A DNA stretch of 49,017 nucleotides from an uncultured Clostridia bacterium (GCA_945949385.1 CAMFEL010000002.1:1-49017), one strand, 5' to 3'. Positions 32,952 through 42,621 are shown, counted from the first letter of the stretch. Numbers and translations: made by a program. The notes: generated by a model not told the origin, from the letters alone.

Positions 32952-34670
32952 ATGCTGAAACGGTTTTTGGAATATTACAAGCCGCATAAAAGGATTTTTA
33001 TACTTGATATGCTTGCCTCTCTGACGGTGTCTCTCATAGGCGTGTTTTACCCGGTGGTAACGCGCACCATGATCGGCGAGTTTACCTCCGGAGCGCGGAA
33101 TTTCAGGCTGATTGCACTGCTGGGAGCCGCCCTGCTGCTTTTGTACGCAGTTCGTATGCTTTTGGATTATTTTATCCAGTATCAGGGGCATATGATGGGC
33201 GTGAAAATGCAGGCACAGATGAGAAGCGATATGTTTGACAGACTGCAAAGTCTTCCGTACAGCTTTTTCGACAATCACGAGACGGGCAAGATAATGTCCC
33301 GTATGACAAACGATCTGTTCAATATCAGCGAGCTTGCCCATCACGGTCCGGAAAACCTTATAATCTCAACGATTTCCGTAATAGTCGCTTTCGTATATCT
33401 TGCCACCGTTGAATGGCGGCTTACGCTTATTATATTTGCCTGCGTGCCTGTGCTGTTTTTGATCTCACTGGCGCTCAGAACAAAAATGAGAAACGCTTTC
33501 AGAAGAAGCCGTGAGGCTACCGCCGTTATAAATGCCTCCCTTGAAAGCAGTATTTCCGGGATCAGGGTGACAAAGGCGTTTACCAACGACGAAACGGAGC
33601 GCAGAAAATTCGAGGAAGGGAACGGAGAGTTTGTGGAGGCGCGGCGTGACGCTTATGACTCCATGGGAAAATTTCATTCTTCCACTTCCTTTGTCACCAA
33701 TGTTTTCAATGTGGTGGTGCTGATAGCAGGCGGATTTTTCCTGTACGCGGGGAAAATAAATGTGGCTGACTATTCAGCATTTATAGTGTCTGTTAATATG
33801 TTTTTGACGCCTATTACTACCCTTATCGGCTTTATGGAGCAGTATCAGGACGGCGTTACGGGCTTTCAGCGTTTTCTTGAGGTTATGGATGCGGAGCCGG
33901 AGCATGACGCCGAGGGCGCGCAGGAAATGGGAAAAGCCCGGGGACATATTGAGTTTCGAGGTGTTTCCTGCGACTACGACGGCTCCCGGGATATACTTCA
34001 CTCCGTAGATCTGGACATACCCGAGGGCAAAACCTTTGCCCTTGTGGGTGCAAGCGGAGGGGGTAAAACCACTATCTGCCACCTTATCCCCCATTTTTAC
34101 GAACCTAATGCCGGACAGATACTTATTGACGGTATAGACATAAACAGCATTACCAGACGGTCTCTGCGCAAAAATATCGGCATCGTTCAGCAGGATGTAT
34201 ACTTATTCAACGCTTCCGTCAGGGATAACATACTGTACGGCAGACCCGATGCTGCCGAAGAGGAGGTTATGGAGGCGGCAAAGCGCGCAAATATACATGA
34301 CTATATAATGAGTCTTGACAAGGGATATGACACCGTTATCGGTGAGCGCGGAGTGCGCCTTTCCGGCGGACAGAAGCAGAGGCTGTCAATAGCGAGAGTG
34401 TTTTTGAAAAATCCGTCCATTCTTATTCTGGACGAGGCCACCAGCGCCCTTGACAACGCCACGGAAATTCTTATACAGTCAGCTCTTGACGAGCTGTGCC
34501 GCGGCAGGACTACCGTGGTGGTGGCACATAGGCTGTCTACCATTAAGAATGCCGACGAGATTGCGGTAATTGACGACGGGCGTGTGGCGGAGCTCGGTAC
34601 TCACGCACAGCTTATGGAAAAAGGCGGCATATACGCAAACCTGTATTCACAGCAGTTCCGTCTCGACTGA
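32952..34670 (+). CDS. ABC exporter, fused permease/ATPase half-transporter (MsbA/type I exporter-like)
   Basis: Six N-terminal TM segments, Walker A GASGGGKTT, signature LSGGQKQR and Walker B ILILDEATSALD. Confidence 0.9.
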   Translation: MLKRFLEYYKPHKRIFILDMLASLTVSLIGVFYPVVTRTMIGEFTSGARNFRLIALLGAALLLLYAVRMLLDYFIQYQGHMMGVKMQAQMRSDMFDRLQSLPYSFFDNHETGKIMSRMTNDLFNISELAHHGPENLIISTISVIVAFVYLATVEWRLTLIIFACVPVLFLISLALRTKMRNAFRRSREATAVINASLESSISGIRVTKAFTNDETERRKFEEGNGEFVEARRDAYDSMGKFHSSTSFVTNVFNVVVLIAGGFFLYAGKINVADYSAFIVSVNMFLTPITTLIGFMEQYQDGVTGFQRFLEVMDAEPEHDAEGAQEMGKARGHIEFRGVSCDYDGSRDILHSVDLDIPEGKTFALVGASGGGKTTICHLIPHFYEPNAGQILIDGIDINSITRRSLRKNIGIVQQDVYLFNASVRDNILYGRPDAAEEEVMEAAKRANIHDYIMSLDKGYDTVIGERGVRLSGGQKQRLSIARVFLKNPSILILDEATSALDNATEILIQSALDELCRGRTTVVVAHRLSTIKNADEIAVIDDGRVAELGTHAQLMEKGGIYANLYSQQFRLD

Positions 34671-34725
34671 GCGGCTGCGAGGTTAACCGGTAAATAAAAT
34701 ATATACATAAAAGCGAGGTACTAAA

Positions 34726-35922
34726 ATGAAAGCGGTAATTTTCGGCGCGGGCAATATTGGCAGAGGCTTTATAGGCGCGCTGTTTTCTCAGGCGGGACTT
34801 GAAGTGACCTTTATCGATGTGGCGGCGCCCGTGGTGGCAAGGCTCAATGCGGATCATTGCTATCCTCTCCACATTGTGGGCGGTGAAAAGGAGCAGGTGC
34901 TGACGGTGGATAAGGTCAGCGCCGTCGACGGCAACGACAGGGAAGCGGCGGTTGCCGCTATTGTTGAGGCGGATATAGCAGCTACCTGCGTGGGAGCAAA
35001 GGCCATAAAGTATATAATCCCCAATCTGTCCGCGGGTATAAAGGCAAGATACGCCGCAGGGAAAGCTCCTCTTAACCTGCTTATCTGCGAAAACCTGATG
35101 GACGCGGATAAATACATCAGAGACGAGCTGCTGGCTCCCGTGCTGACGGCGGAGGAAATGGAGCAGATAGGACTTGTGGAGACCTCGGTGGGCAGAATGG
35201 TGCCCGTGCCGAAGGCACTGGGAGAGGGCGAAAATCCTCTGAAAATCGCGGTGGAGGAGTACGGAGTGCTTCCCGTAGACCGTGCCGCCTTTAAGAGCGA
35301 TGTGCCGGAAATCAAAAATATGGTGCCTTTTTCTCCCTTCCACTATTACATTGAGCGCAAGCTGTTCATTCACAATATGGGACACGCCATATGCGCGTAT
35401 CTCGGCGATATTCTGGGACTGGAATACATATGCGACAGCATAGCCGATCCCACGGTACGGCTTCTGGTGCATAACGCCATGCTTGAGTCCTGCGAGGCGC
35501 TGGCGACAAAGTATTCTACCCCCGTAAAGCCGCTTCTGAACCATGCCTGCGACCTTATCCGCCGCTTCGGAAACCGCGCTTTGGGAGACACCTGTGCCCG
35601 TGTGGGCGGAGATATACCCCGCAAGCTTGCAAACAGCGACAGGCTGACGGGAGCCGCGAAAAATGTTATTGAGGCGGGCAGCTTCCCTGTGTATATCTGC
35701 ACAGGCAGCGCGGCAGCGCTTCACTGCTATATCAAACAGAACTCTCTCGAAGCCTCTGACGCGGCAGAGGTGCTTACAGGTCTTACGGGACTTGAAAAGA
35801 ATGACCCCGTAACCGTATGCACCCTTGAGATGTATGAGCATTTCAGAAGCGGCGAGTCCCTTTCCGATATACTTAAAGCGGCAGACGAAAAGCTGCACGA
35901 AAAACTTGGAATGATAGTCTGA
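34726..35922 (+). CDS. mtlD: Mannitol-1-phosphate 5-dehydrogenase family protein
   Basis: N-terminal FGAGNIGRGFIG Rossmann motif typical of MtlD. Length and downstream blocks are consistent. No mtl PTS genes are adjacent, so the substrate is uncertain. Confidence 0.7.
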   Translation: MKAVIFGAGNIGRGFIGALFSQAGLEVTFIDVAAPVVARLNADHCYPLHIVGGEKEQVLTVDKVSAVDGNDREAAVAAIVEADIAATCVGAKAIKYIIPNLSAGIKARYAAGKAPLNLLICENLMDADKYIRDELLAPVLTAEEMEQIGLVETSVGRMVPVPKALGEGENPLKIAVEEYGVLPVDRAAFKSDVPEIKNMVPFSPFHYYIERKLFIHNMGHAICAYLGDILGLEYICDSIADPTVRLLVHNAMLESCEALATKYSTPVKPLLNHACDLIRRFGNRALGDTCARVGGDIPRKLANSDRLTGAAKNVIEAGSFPVYICTGSAAALHCYIKQNSLEASDAAEVLTGLTGLEKNDPVTVCTLEMYEHFRSGESLSDILKAADEKLHEKLGMIV

Positions 35923-35932
35923 AAAAACATAG

Positions 35933-35971
35933 AAGCGGCGTCCTTTTTGAAAAAAAGGGCGCCGCGTTTTT
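35933..35971 (+). terminator. Probable terminator after the mtlD-like gene
   Basis: GCGGCGTCCTTTTTgaAAAAAAGGGCGCCGCGTTTTTT (imperfect stem, T-run). Confidence 0.45.
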
Positions 35972-36010
35972 TGCTTTCTGAAGCCGCAGTTTCTGCGAAA
36001 TGCTTCCGAG

Positions 36011-38449
36011 GTGGACGAGAACGGGCAACGGCACGGCGACGCCGGATATATTGACGACTCCGGGAAAATTCACATTGATATTTTCGCGGGGCAGGAGAAG
36101 TCTGCCTTTATCGCCCGGGACAGCACGCTGACCTCTACCCTTTTGCATGAGCTTACCCACTTTATACATGACTGGTCTTCGAAAGCCTGGAAAGAGATGT
36201 ACAACTATGTAGTGGCTCGGTACAGCCCTTACGGCAGCGTACAGGCGGCTCTGGAGGCTATCAAGACGCGAGAGGAGCTGGAGGGCAGAGACGAAAACGA
36301 AATAACAGACGATTTTTTGCGGGACGAGTTTATGGCGCAGTGCTGCGAGGCTTTGTTTGAGGACGAAGCGGGCATGCGGGATTTTGCGGCAAAGTACAAA
36401 AACACGGCGCAGAAAATCGTGGAGTGGCTTGAAAATGTTCTGGAGAAGATCTCCGGCATAAATATGGGTCACAGCGAAAGCGACATTGCGGCGGTTATTT
36501 CTCAGTGGCAGGACGGTATCGAGGAGCTTCGGGAAAAGTGGCTCATGGCGCTGGAGGACGCGGCAAATAATAAAAACGCCTCGGAGGGCGTTTTGCAATC
36601 GAGTGCGGAAAGTAATAAGGCAACACTAAAAGAGAATAAAGCTAATGAAAACGGGCTGCAATCAACTCACACCGAAAGCAAAAGAAACGCTTCGATACAT
36701 AATGCTGAATTGAAGTCCATTGAGAAGCAGTATGACAAAGCTGTTAAAACTTGGGACTACAAAGAAAAAGCAAGACTGGTAGAAAAGTATGCAAAGCTGA
36801 AAGGCGCCATGGTTGACGAAAATGGTAATGTAATTCACTTTTACCGCGGTGTCAAAAACGGTGGAGATACAGTTTTTGACGCTGCTAAGCATCACGATTC
36901 GTTGATATTCCTAACAACTGATAAGGAAAACGCAATCGGTTATGGCGGCGGAGCAGAAGTTACACCTGTTTCAAAACAGACTAATGACAGCGGCGCAACA
37001 TATGATATGTTTTGCTTTGCGAAAAATGTGCTGAGTATTGACGGTATGTACAGCGTTTGGAGTGATATTTTAGTGCCTGAAGAGCTTCAGCAGTATAATA
37101 CCGAGGGCAGAGCTAAAGCAACAACTAACGAGATCGGACTTATGGCGAAAACGGCGGGGTATGACGGCGTTATGATCTATAATGTCCGCGATGGTTCGTT
37201 CTCCGAGGGAACAGACCTCATAATATTTGACGGAAATCTGCTTAAGTCCGCCGACAGTATTACCTACGACAACAATGGCGATATTATTCCATTATCGCAA
37301 AGATTTAATCAAAACGAGTCGGATATTCGAAGGTCCCGGGGGAAAAGGGATAGTGCGGTTTCGGAGGACGCGGAAGAATACAAAAATCATCGTTATTCCG
37401 AAAACAGACCTTTTCTTGAAGATGATATCGAAGAGTATATGAATACCGGGAAAAAGCTACATACCAGAGATAAAAAATCTCGTATGCTAAAGGAGGGAAA
37501 GAAGCCGTATTTAACAACAGTTCAAGAAACAAAACAGTTTATCCGCAAAGTTATTCACGGAGAATCCAGCGAAGATGTAAGTGCATTTGCAAGAGTCGGT
37601 TCTAAACTTTCTGATGAAATTTCTCAAATCTATCATGTAGATCTTTATGGAAGGTTTATAGAACTTAACGCTGATTTGCTTAGAGAGTCTTATAAGAAAC
37701 ATATCAATGCTAAAGAAAAAGGAGATATTGATTTAAGCGATGAAGATTTTGAATCCATACCTGAGTTATTAAACTCAAATCCGACCGCGCTTTATTACAA
37801 CAAGTATAAAGGCAAAATTGAAATTTGCTTTTCCGTTAGAAGCAAAAACGGTTATATACTTATTCTGACTGTTGTATCTAGTGAAAGAAATTCCATACAA
37901 GTCACGAAAGTATATGGCAATTCCGTTGAAAAATTTGAAAATAGGTACGGGAAAAAAATCAGAAAGAGTGCTGGCTCTCTGGAGGGGCAAAAAGCCTCGA
38001 ACCCGTACAAAGCGGTCCAGTATGCCGATAGCACTCTTTCTAATGGTATTATACCACAAGATGGAGTGAAAAGTCAAGAAGAATCCGAAAAAAATTCTTC
38101 GACGGAAAACGGCAATAAGCGTTTCTCGCGCTCGAAGAGAGACGAGAAAAGCGGGGCGGCGGCTGAGGCAGAGGCGAAGGCCGGAGAGATCTCGGAGAAG
38201 TGGGGACTTTCCGGAAAGAAAACCGAGGCTTTGGGGCGCGGGCTTACAAACATATTTGAGTCCGTATCGGGCTCGGAAGTTGATATGGAGTTTGTGAGGC
38301 AGCAGGCGGCAAGTCTTGCGGCAAAGACTGCAAACGGCATGATAAGCCCGGATATGCCTGCCGACATTTCGGACAAGCTGTCTTTCCTGCGCTCTTTCGG
38401 TGCGGTGAGTCTTACGGAGGAGCAGCGCGTAATTTTTTGTAAAATATAA
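36011..38449 (+). CDS. Polyvalent-protein-like multidomain fragment: HExxH metallopeptidase module + ART-like module + PBECR-like nuclease module; apparently 5'-truncated
   Basis: HELTHF at about 36146-36163. FYRG...LIFLTTD...GYDGVMIYNVRDGSFSEGTDLIIFDGNLLKSAD...IPLSQRFN...DIRRSR resembles the ART modules and DIRYS-type module ends of phage/ICE polyvalent proteins. HINAKEKGDIDLSDEDFESIPELLNSNP... resembles PBECR modules. The start in the ORF track is a GTG with no clear RBS, and the frame opens immediately after the upstream terminator. Confidence 0.55.
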   Translation: MDENGQRHGDAGYIDDSGKIHIDIFAGQEKSAFIARDSTLTSTLLHELTHFIHDWSSKAWKEMYNYVVARYSPYGSVQAALEAIKTREELEGRDENEITDDFLRDEFMAQCCEALFEDEAGMRDFAAKYKNTAQKIVEWLENVLEKISGINMGHSESDIAAVISQWQDGIEELREKWLMALEDAANNKNASEGVLQSSAESNKATLKENKANENGLQSTHTESKRNASIHNAELKSIEKQYDKAVKTWDYKEKARLVEKYAKLKGAMVDENGNVIHFYRGVKNGGDTVFDAAKHHDSLIFLTTDKENAIGYGGGAEVTPVSKQTNDSGATYDMFCFAKNVLSIDGMYSVWSDILVPEELQQYNTEGRAKATTNEIGLMAKTAGYDGVMIYNVRDGSFSEGTDLIIFDGNLLKSADSITYDNNGDIIPLSQRFNQNESDIRRSRGKRDSAVSEDAEEYKNHRYSENRPFLEDDIEEYMNTGKKLHTRDKKSRMLKEGKKPYLTTVQETKQFIRKVIHGESSEDVSAFARVGSKLSDEISQIYHVDLYGRFIELNADLLRESYKKHINAKEKGDIDLSDEDFESIPELLNSNPTALYYNKYKGKIEICFSVRSKNGYILILTVVSSERNSIQVTKVYGNSVEKFENRYGKKIRKSAGSLEGQKASNPYKAVQYADSTLSNGIIPQDGVKSQEESEKNSSTENGNKRFSRSKRDEKSGAAAEAEAKAGEISEKWGLSGKKTEALGRGLTNIFESVSGSEVDMEFVRQQAASLAAKTANGMISPDMPADISDKLSFLRSFGAVSLTEEQRVIFCKI

Positions 38450-38470
38450 GGGAAAATTGTTAAAAAACTA

Positions 38471-38499
38471 TTTACAAAACTAAAAATATATGTTATAGT
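38471..38499 (+). promoter_or_regulatory. pyr operon promoter
   Basis: TTTACA (38471-38476), a 17-nt spacer and TATAGT (38494-38499). Confidence 0.55.
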
Positions 38500-38516
38500 A
38501 AAACAGTTGAATTTTT

Positions 38517-38613
38517 AAGCGGTTCAGAGAAGCCGGTAAGATCGACACATGGCTGCCGAGGCAGCGTTTATATTTTTGTGTGTACAGTCTTGCCGCGCGG
38601 CAAGACTTTTTTT
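38517..38613 (+). promoter_or_regulatory. PyrR-dependent transcription attenuator (binding loop + terminator)
   Basis: GGTTCAGAGAAGCCGG resembles the PyrR binding-loop consensus (UCCAGAGAGGCU). Terminator AGTCTTGCCGcgCGGCAAGACTTTTTTT at 38586-38613 lies just before pyrR. Confidence 0.65.
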
Positions 38614-38629
38614 GTCGGGAGGGGAGCAA

Positions 38630-39166
38630 ATGGAAATAAAGGCTCAGATTATGGACGAGTCTGCAATGATGCGCTCTCTCGCCCGTATCACTCACGAAAT
38701 CATCGAAAAGAACCGCGGGTGCGACGGCATTATGCTGGTGGGTATACGCCGCAGAGGCGTGCCGCTGGCGGACACCTTGGCAAAAAACATTGAAAAATTC
38801 GAGGGCGTTCGGGTGCCTGTGGGATATGTGGATATTTCGCTTTACAGAGACGACCTCAGCGAGATAGCCCCGCTTCCGTCCTCCTCCGACACAAGCTTTC
38901 CGGAGGATGTGAAAAACAAGACTGTCATTCTTGTTGACGATGTAATCTACACGGGCAGAACGGTCAGGGCGGCGATCGAAGCTGTGTTTGCGCAGGGAAG
39001 ACCGAAAGCAATACAGCTTGCGGTGCTTATTGACCGCGGACACAGAGAACTGCCGTTGAAGCCCGACTACGTAGGCAAAAACGTGCCTACCTCTCACGGT
39101 GAGATAATATGCGTGGAGGTTGCCGAGTACGACGGTGAAAACCGCGTGCTTTTGGGCGACAGATAA
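38630..39166 (+). CDS. pyrR: Bifunctional pyrimidine operon regulator / uracil phosphoribosyltransferase PyrR
   Basis: [11 protein letters not shown]...[10 protein letters not shown]...[17 protein letters not shown] (PRPP motif). GGGAGGGGAG RBS before ATG 38630. Confidence 0.9.
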   Translation: MEIKAQIMDESAMMRSLARITHEIIEKNRGCDGIMLVGIRRRGVPLADTLAKNIEKFEGVRVPVGYVDISLYRDDLSEIAPLPSSSDTSFPEDVKNKTVILVDDVIYTGRTVRAAIEAVFAQGRPKAIQLAVLIDRGHRELPLKPDYVGKNVPTSHGEIICVEVAEYDGENRVLLGDR

Positions 39167-39229
39167 ACCGAAACTTAGGTTAAATGCGGAAAGTCCGCTT
39201 TAATAAAACAAATTTTCGGAGGTATTCTT

Positions 39230-40591
39230 ATGAAACTCGTTTACGGCGTCAAGGACAAGCCGAAATTCGGTCAGGTGATCGTATTTGCGATCCAGCAGCT
39301 CCTTGCAATTCTTGCCGCAACCATTGCAGTTCCCGCAATCGTCGGAAACGGTATGTCCCAGTCCGCAGCTCTGTTCGGCGCAGGCGTGGGCACCATCGTT
39401 TATCTGCTCTTTACCAAGTTCAGAAGCCCCGTGTTCGTGGGCTCCTCCTTCGCATTCCTGGGCTCCATGGCGGCAGCTTTCGCAGGCGGTGTGTCCGCTT
39501 CCGCAGGCTACCTCGGCATGATCATCGGTGCCGTTATGGCAGGTCTTGTGTATGTGATCATCGCACTTATCGTTAAGTTCGCAGGCGTTAAGTGGATCTC
39601 AAAGCTTATGCCCGCAGTTGTTATCGGACCTACGGTTGCTATCATCGGACTTTCTCTTTCCGGAAACGCAATCGGCGACGCAGTAGGCGTTGCTAAAGAC
39701 GCAAACAATGCATTCGTTATGAACGCACACGCAGGTGTTTGCCTTGCTTGCGCTATTGTTACTCTAGCTGTGACCATGCTCTGCTCCGTATTCGGCAAGA
39801 AGATGATGAAGATGATCCCCTTCATTATCGGTATTGTTTCCGGCTACATAGCAGCGACCGTATTCACCCTTATCGGCAACACCGCAGGCATTGATGCCCT
39901 CAAGGTTATAGATTTCAGCGCATTCGCCGATATGCAGTGGGTTCCCAAGTTCACCTTTATCACCGCTTTCAGCGGCGGCTATGACTTCGGCGACGCCGGA
40001 AGCATCGCTTCCTATATCGGTACTGTTGCTGCGGCATATGTTCCCGTTGCATTCGTTGTATTCGCAGAGCATATTGCAGACCATAAGAACATTTCCTCTA
40101 TCATCGAGTCCGACCTTCTTGAGGATCCCGGTCTTCACAGAACTCTTCTCGGTGACGGCGTAGGCTCCATGGTAGGCGCTTTCTTCGGCGGCTGCCCCAA
40201 CACCACCTACGGCGAGTCCATCGGCTGTGTTGCAATCAGCGGCAACGCTTCCGTAGTAACCATTCTCGCAACCGCAGTACTTGCTATCATCGCATCCTTC
40301 TTCGCTCCCTTTGTAGCGTTCCTTGCTACTATTCCTTCCTGCGTAATGGGCGGCGTCTGCATCGCTCTGTACGGCTTCATTGCCGTATCCGGTCTGAAGA
40401 TGCTTCAGAATGTTGATCTGGGCGAAAACAGAAACCTGTTCATCGTGTCCGTTATCCTCATCGCAGGCGTTGGCGGACTGGTGCTCAAGTTCGGTTCCGT
40501 AACCATCACCGAGGTTGCTTGCGCACTTATCCTCGGCATACTGACCAACCTTATTCTTCCCGAGAAGAAAAAGAAAGAAGAAACAAAATAA
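39230..40591 (+). CDS. pyrP: Uracil permease (NCS2 family, PyrP/UraA)
   Basis: Multi-TM protein with FGQVIVFAIQQLLAILAATIAVP and NTTYGESIG motifs characteristic of NCS2 uracil/xanthine permeases. Its position after pyrR matches the Bacillus pyr operon. Confidence 0.9.
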   Translation: MKLVYGVKDKPKFGQVIVFAIQQLLAILAATIAVPAIVGNGMSQSAALFGAGVGTIVYLLFTKFRSPVFVGSSFAFLGSMAAAFAGGVSASAGYLGMIIGAVMAGLVYVIIALIVKFAGVKWISKLMPAVVIGPTVAIIGLSLSGNAIGDAVGVAKDANNAFVMNAHAGVCLACAIVTLAVTMLCSVFGKKMMKMIPFIIGIVSGYIAATVFTLIGNTAGIDALKVIDFSAFADMQWVPKFTFITAFSGGYDFGDAGSIASYIGTVAAAYVPVAFVVFAEHIADHKNISSIIESDLLEDPGLHRTLLGDGVGSMVGAFFGGCPNTTYGESIGCVAISGNASVVTILATAVLAIIASFFAPFVAFLATIPSCVMGGVCIALYGFIAVSGLKMLQNVDLGENRNLFIVSVILIAGVGGLVLKFGSVTITEVACALILGILTNLILPEKKKKEETK

Positions 40592-40600
40592 GATACCTCA

Positions 40601-40628
40601 AAAAGGCTGCCCCTCGGGGCAGCCTTTT
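40601..40628. terminator. Bidirectional terminator between pyrP and the convergent small gene
   Basis: AAAAGGCTGCCCCtcGGGGCAGCCTTTT. Confidence 0.7.
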
Positions 40629-40667
40629 CTGCTGTATTCGGGCGCCCTCACGCGGCGCCTTTTTTAT

Positions 40668-40865
40668 TCAGTTCTGCTTCTGAACCGTCTTGTATTCGTC
40701 GTAGAATTTGTAGTAAGGACATGAGCTGTAGGGATGCTCCATAAAGCGTATCATTTCGTCCTCGTCAAGATCAAGGGTGCATATGTCCTCGTCAAGCATT
40801 TCGTCATAATCAAAGTACATACAGCTTTCGCAGTCTGTCTGCTTGTTTTCCGCTTTTTTCGGCAT
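40668..40865 (-). CDS. Small acidic Cys-containing protein (65 aa), unknown function
   Basis: AAGGAGAG RBS upstream of ATG 40865. CESC...C...SCPYY pattern, very acidic core. Confidence 0.5.
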   Translation of the reverse strand: MPKKAENKQTDCESCMYFDYDEMLDEDICTLDLDEDEMIRFMEHPYSSCPYYKFYDEYKTVQKQN

Positions 40866-41017
40866 ATTTTGGCTCTCCTTTCGCCCGCACTTTATATAGC
40901 GTCAAAATCCTGCTTTTTTATATATTTTAGCACCTTTTATAAGCAAAATCAACTATTGCTTTTTTGCCCGGTTTAGGATACAATAATACTGTAAAAACTA
41001 TGAAAAGAGGTACTCTT

Positions 41018-41362
41018 ATGCCCTACATCGGAACAAAGACCACGGTAGCCATCACCCCTGAAAAGGAGGCTGTGCTCAAAGAAAAAATGGCACGTGCCCT
41101 TGAAGCTATCCCCGGAAAATCCGAAGACTGGCTCATGTGCGAGTTTGCGGATAACTGCCGCCTTTGGTTTGCAGGTAAAAACGACGCTCCCGCCGCATTC
41201 GTTCAGGTGAAGATTCTGGGCAAGGCCCACAAAGAGGCGTACGACAGAATGACGGGCGCCGTATGCGGCGTGCTCAGCGAGGAGTTGGGTATTCCCGCAG
41301 ACCGCATTTATATTACCTATTCCGAGTACACCGATTGGGGCTGGAACGGCTCCAATTTCTGA
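41018..41362 (+). CDS. MIF/phenylpyruvate-tautomerase superfamily protein
   Basis: Begins with Met-Pro (catalytic Pro1), is about 114 aa long and ends in ...YTDWGWNGSNF, typical of MIF-like tautomerases. AAGAGG RBS. Confidence 0.7.
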   Translation: MPYIGTKTTVAITPEKEAVLKEKMARALEAIPGKSEDWLMCEFADNCRLWFAGKNDAPAAFVQVKILGKAHKEAYDRMTGAVCGVLSEELGIPADRIYITYSEYTDWGWNGSNF

Positions 41363-41382
41363 GTACCGGGGGGAAAAACGCA

Positions 41383-41886
41383 ATGGGATACAGAAGAACA
41401 GAGCCGGAAAAGCTTTCCGGCAACACCTTCAGAATGATAGGCAGCGACTGGATGCTTGTAACAGCTGAGGCTGACGGCAAGGTCAATACCATGACCGCAA
41501 GCTGGGGCGGATTGGGCGTGCTGTGGGGCAGACCCGTGGCGTATATATTCATCCGTCCGCAGAGATATACTTATGAGTTTACGGAGGCGTCCGACAGGCT
41601 GACACTTACTTTTTTCGGAGGACGGGAGCGCGAGGCGCTGAAACTTTGCGGCACACTCAGCGGCAGGGACTGCGATAAAATCGCAAAAGCGGGACTTGTG
41701 CCGGTATCCTTTGGAGACGGGTTTACATCCTTTGAGGGAGCCGAAGCAGTGCTGTGCTGCAAAAAGATATACACGGATCTCATAAAGCCCGAATGTATGC
41801 TTGACAAAAGCATAGACGCCAATTACGCAAAAGGCGACTATCACAGAATGTATGTTGTCGAGATAACCGACGTATATACAAAATAA
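41383..41886 (+). CDS. Flavin reductase-like FMN-binding split-barrel protein
   Basis: GSDWMLVTA...NTMTASWGGLGVLWGRPVAYIFIRPQRYT resembles the flavin reductase-like domain family. Confidence 0.75.
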   Translation: MGYRRTEPEKLSGNTFRMIGSDWMLVTAEADGKVNTMTASWGGLGVLWGRPVAYIFIRPQRYTYEFTEASDRLTLTFFGGREREALKLCGTLSGRDCDKIAKAGLVPVSFGDGFTSFEGAEAVLCCKKIYTDLIKPECMLDKSIDANYAKGDYHRMYVVEITDVYTK

Positions 41887-41891
41887 GCAGA

Positions 41892-41926
41892 AAAATGCCC
41901 GCGCCGTTACCGGCGCGGGCGCTTTT
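41892..41926. terminator. Bidirectional terminator
   Basis: AAAAATGCCCGCGCCGttacCGGCGCGGGCGCTTTT, between convergent genes. Confidence 0.7.
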
Positions 41927-41941
41927 ATGTATAAATATCAG

Positions 41942-42523
41942 TTATCTAAACTGAAGGTGAAAACCGCGTCGGAAGTACCTTTCAAAGGCTTCGGTTCTCT
42001 TTACGGAAGCAGAGAGACCGCCGCGTGAAAGCAGAACAGAAAAATGCGGCAGCACACCTTGCTTGATCGTATATTCCGGTATGCCTTTCTTACTGAGCAC
42101 GCGCAGGTTTGCCACTATGGATTCCAGGGATTTGTAAAATACCGTCCTGTTTTCCTCGGTAAGATCCTTGCCCGCAATCTCAACTGCGCGGCTTGCCCTT
42201 TTGTTCACATGCTCCGCGGCGGCTTTTCCGTCCTCGGTAAGCTTGAAAACGCCCCGGTAGAGCTTTTGGTTAGTGCCTTCCTTTGTAACGAGCCCCTTGC
42301 TTTCAAGAATTCCCATCATTCTTGATACATCTGCCTTGTCTTTGCCGCAAAGCGTGCACAGCTCGGTGGCGGTAAGCCCTTCGGGGTATTTCGCCATAGT
42401 CAGGATATATACGTAGTGGGAGCCTTTGAGAGAGTATTTTTCCATTTCTTCGGCGGCAAGCAGATGCCAGTATTTGGAGATTTCTGAAATGGCAAGAGAA
42501 AATCGTTCAAATCTGTCTACCAT
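41942..42523 (-). CDS. MarR family transcriptional regulator
   Basis: Winged-helix region LTATELCTLCGKDKADVSRMMGILESKGLVTKEG. Confidence 0.8.
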   Translation of the reverse strand: MVDRFERFSLAISEISKYWHLLAAEEMEKYSLKGSHYVYILTMAKYPEGLTATELCTLCGKDKADVSRMMGILESKGLVTKEGTNQKLYRGVFKLTEDGKAAAEHVNKRASRAVEIAGKDLTEENRTVFYKSLESIVANLRVLSKKGIPEYTIKQGVLPHFSVLLSRGGLSASVKRTEAFERYFRRGFHLQFR

Positions 42524-42555
42524 CTTTTTTGCTCCTTTTGAATTGATTAAGCATA

Positions 42556-42621
42556 AATACGGGATGTTGACAATTCAACATCCCGTATTGCAGCATACAG
42601 ATGTTGATTTGTCAACATCTG
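42556..42621. promoter_or_regulatory. Two adjacent palindromes sharing the core GATGTTGA-N4-TCAACATC (candidate MarR operators)
   Basis: AATACGGGATGTTGAcaatTCAACATCCCGTATT (42556-42589) and CAGATGTTGAtttgTCAACATCTG (42598-42621), immediately upstream of marR. Confidence 0.55.

Noticed and set aside
34612-35898. 428-aa minus-strand ORF
   Set aside because: It is antisense to the well-supported MtlD-family gene and has an Arg/His/Cys-rich composition that does not look like real protein.
35873-36598. 241-aa minus-strand ORF
   Set aside because: It overlaps the end of the mtlD-like gene and the polyvalent-protein frame in antisense, crosses a terminator hairpin, and has no recognisable features.
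39167-39229. Second PyrR attenuator between pyrR and pyrP
   Set aside because: Only a short hairpin (GCGGAaagTCCGC) with a poor T-tract is present, and there is no UCCAGAGAGGCU-like binding loop. This is not enough to call it.
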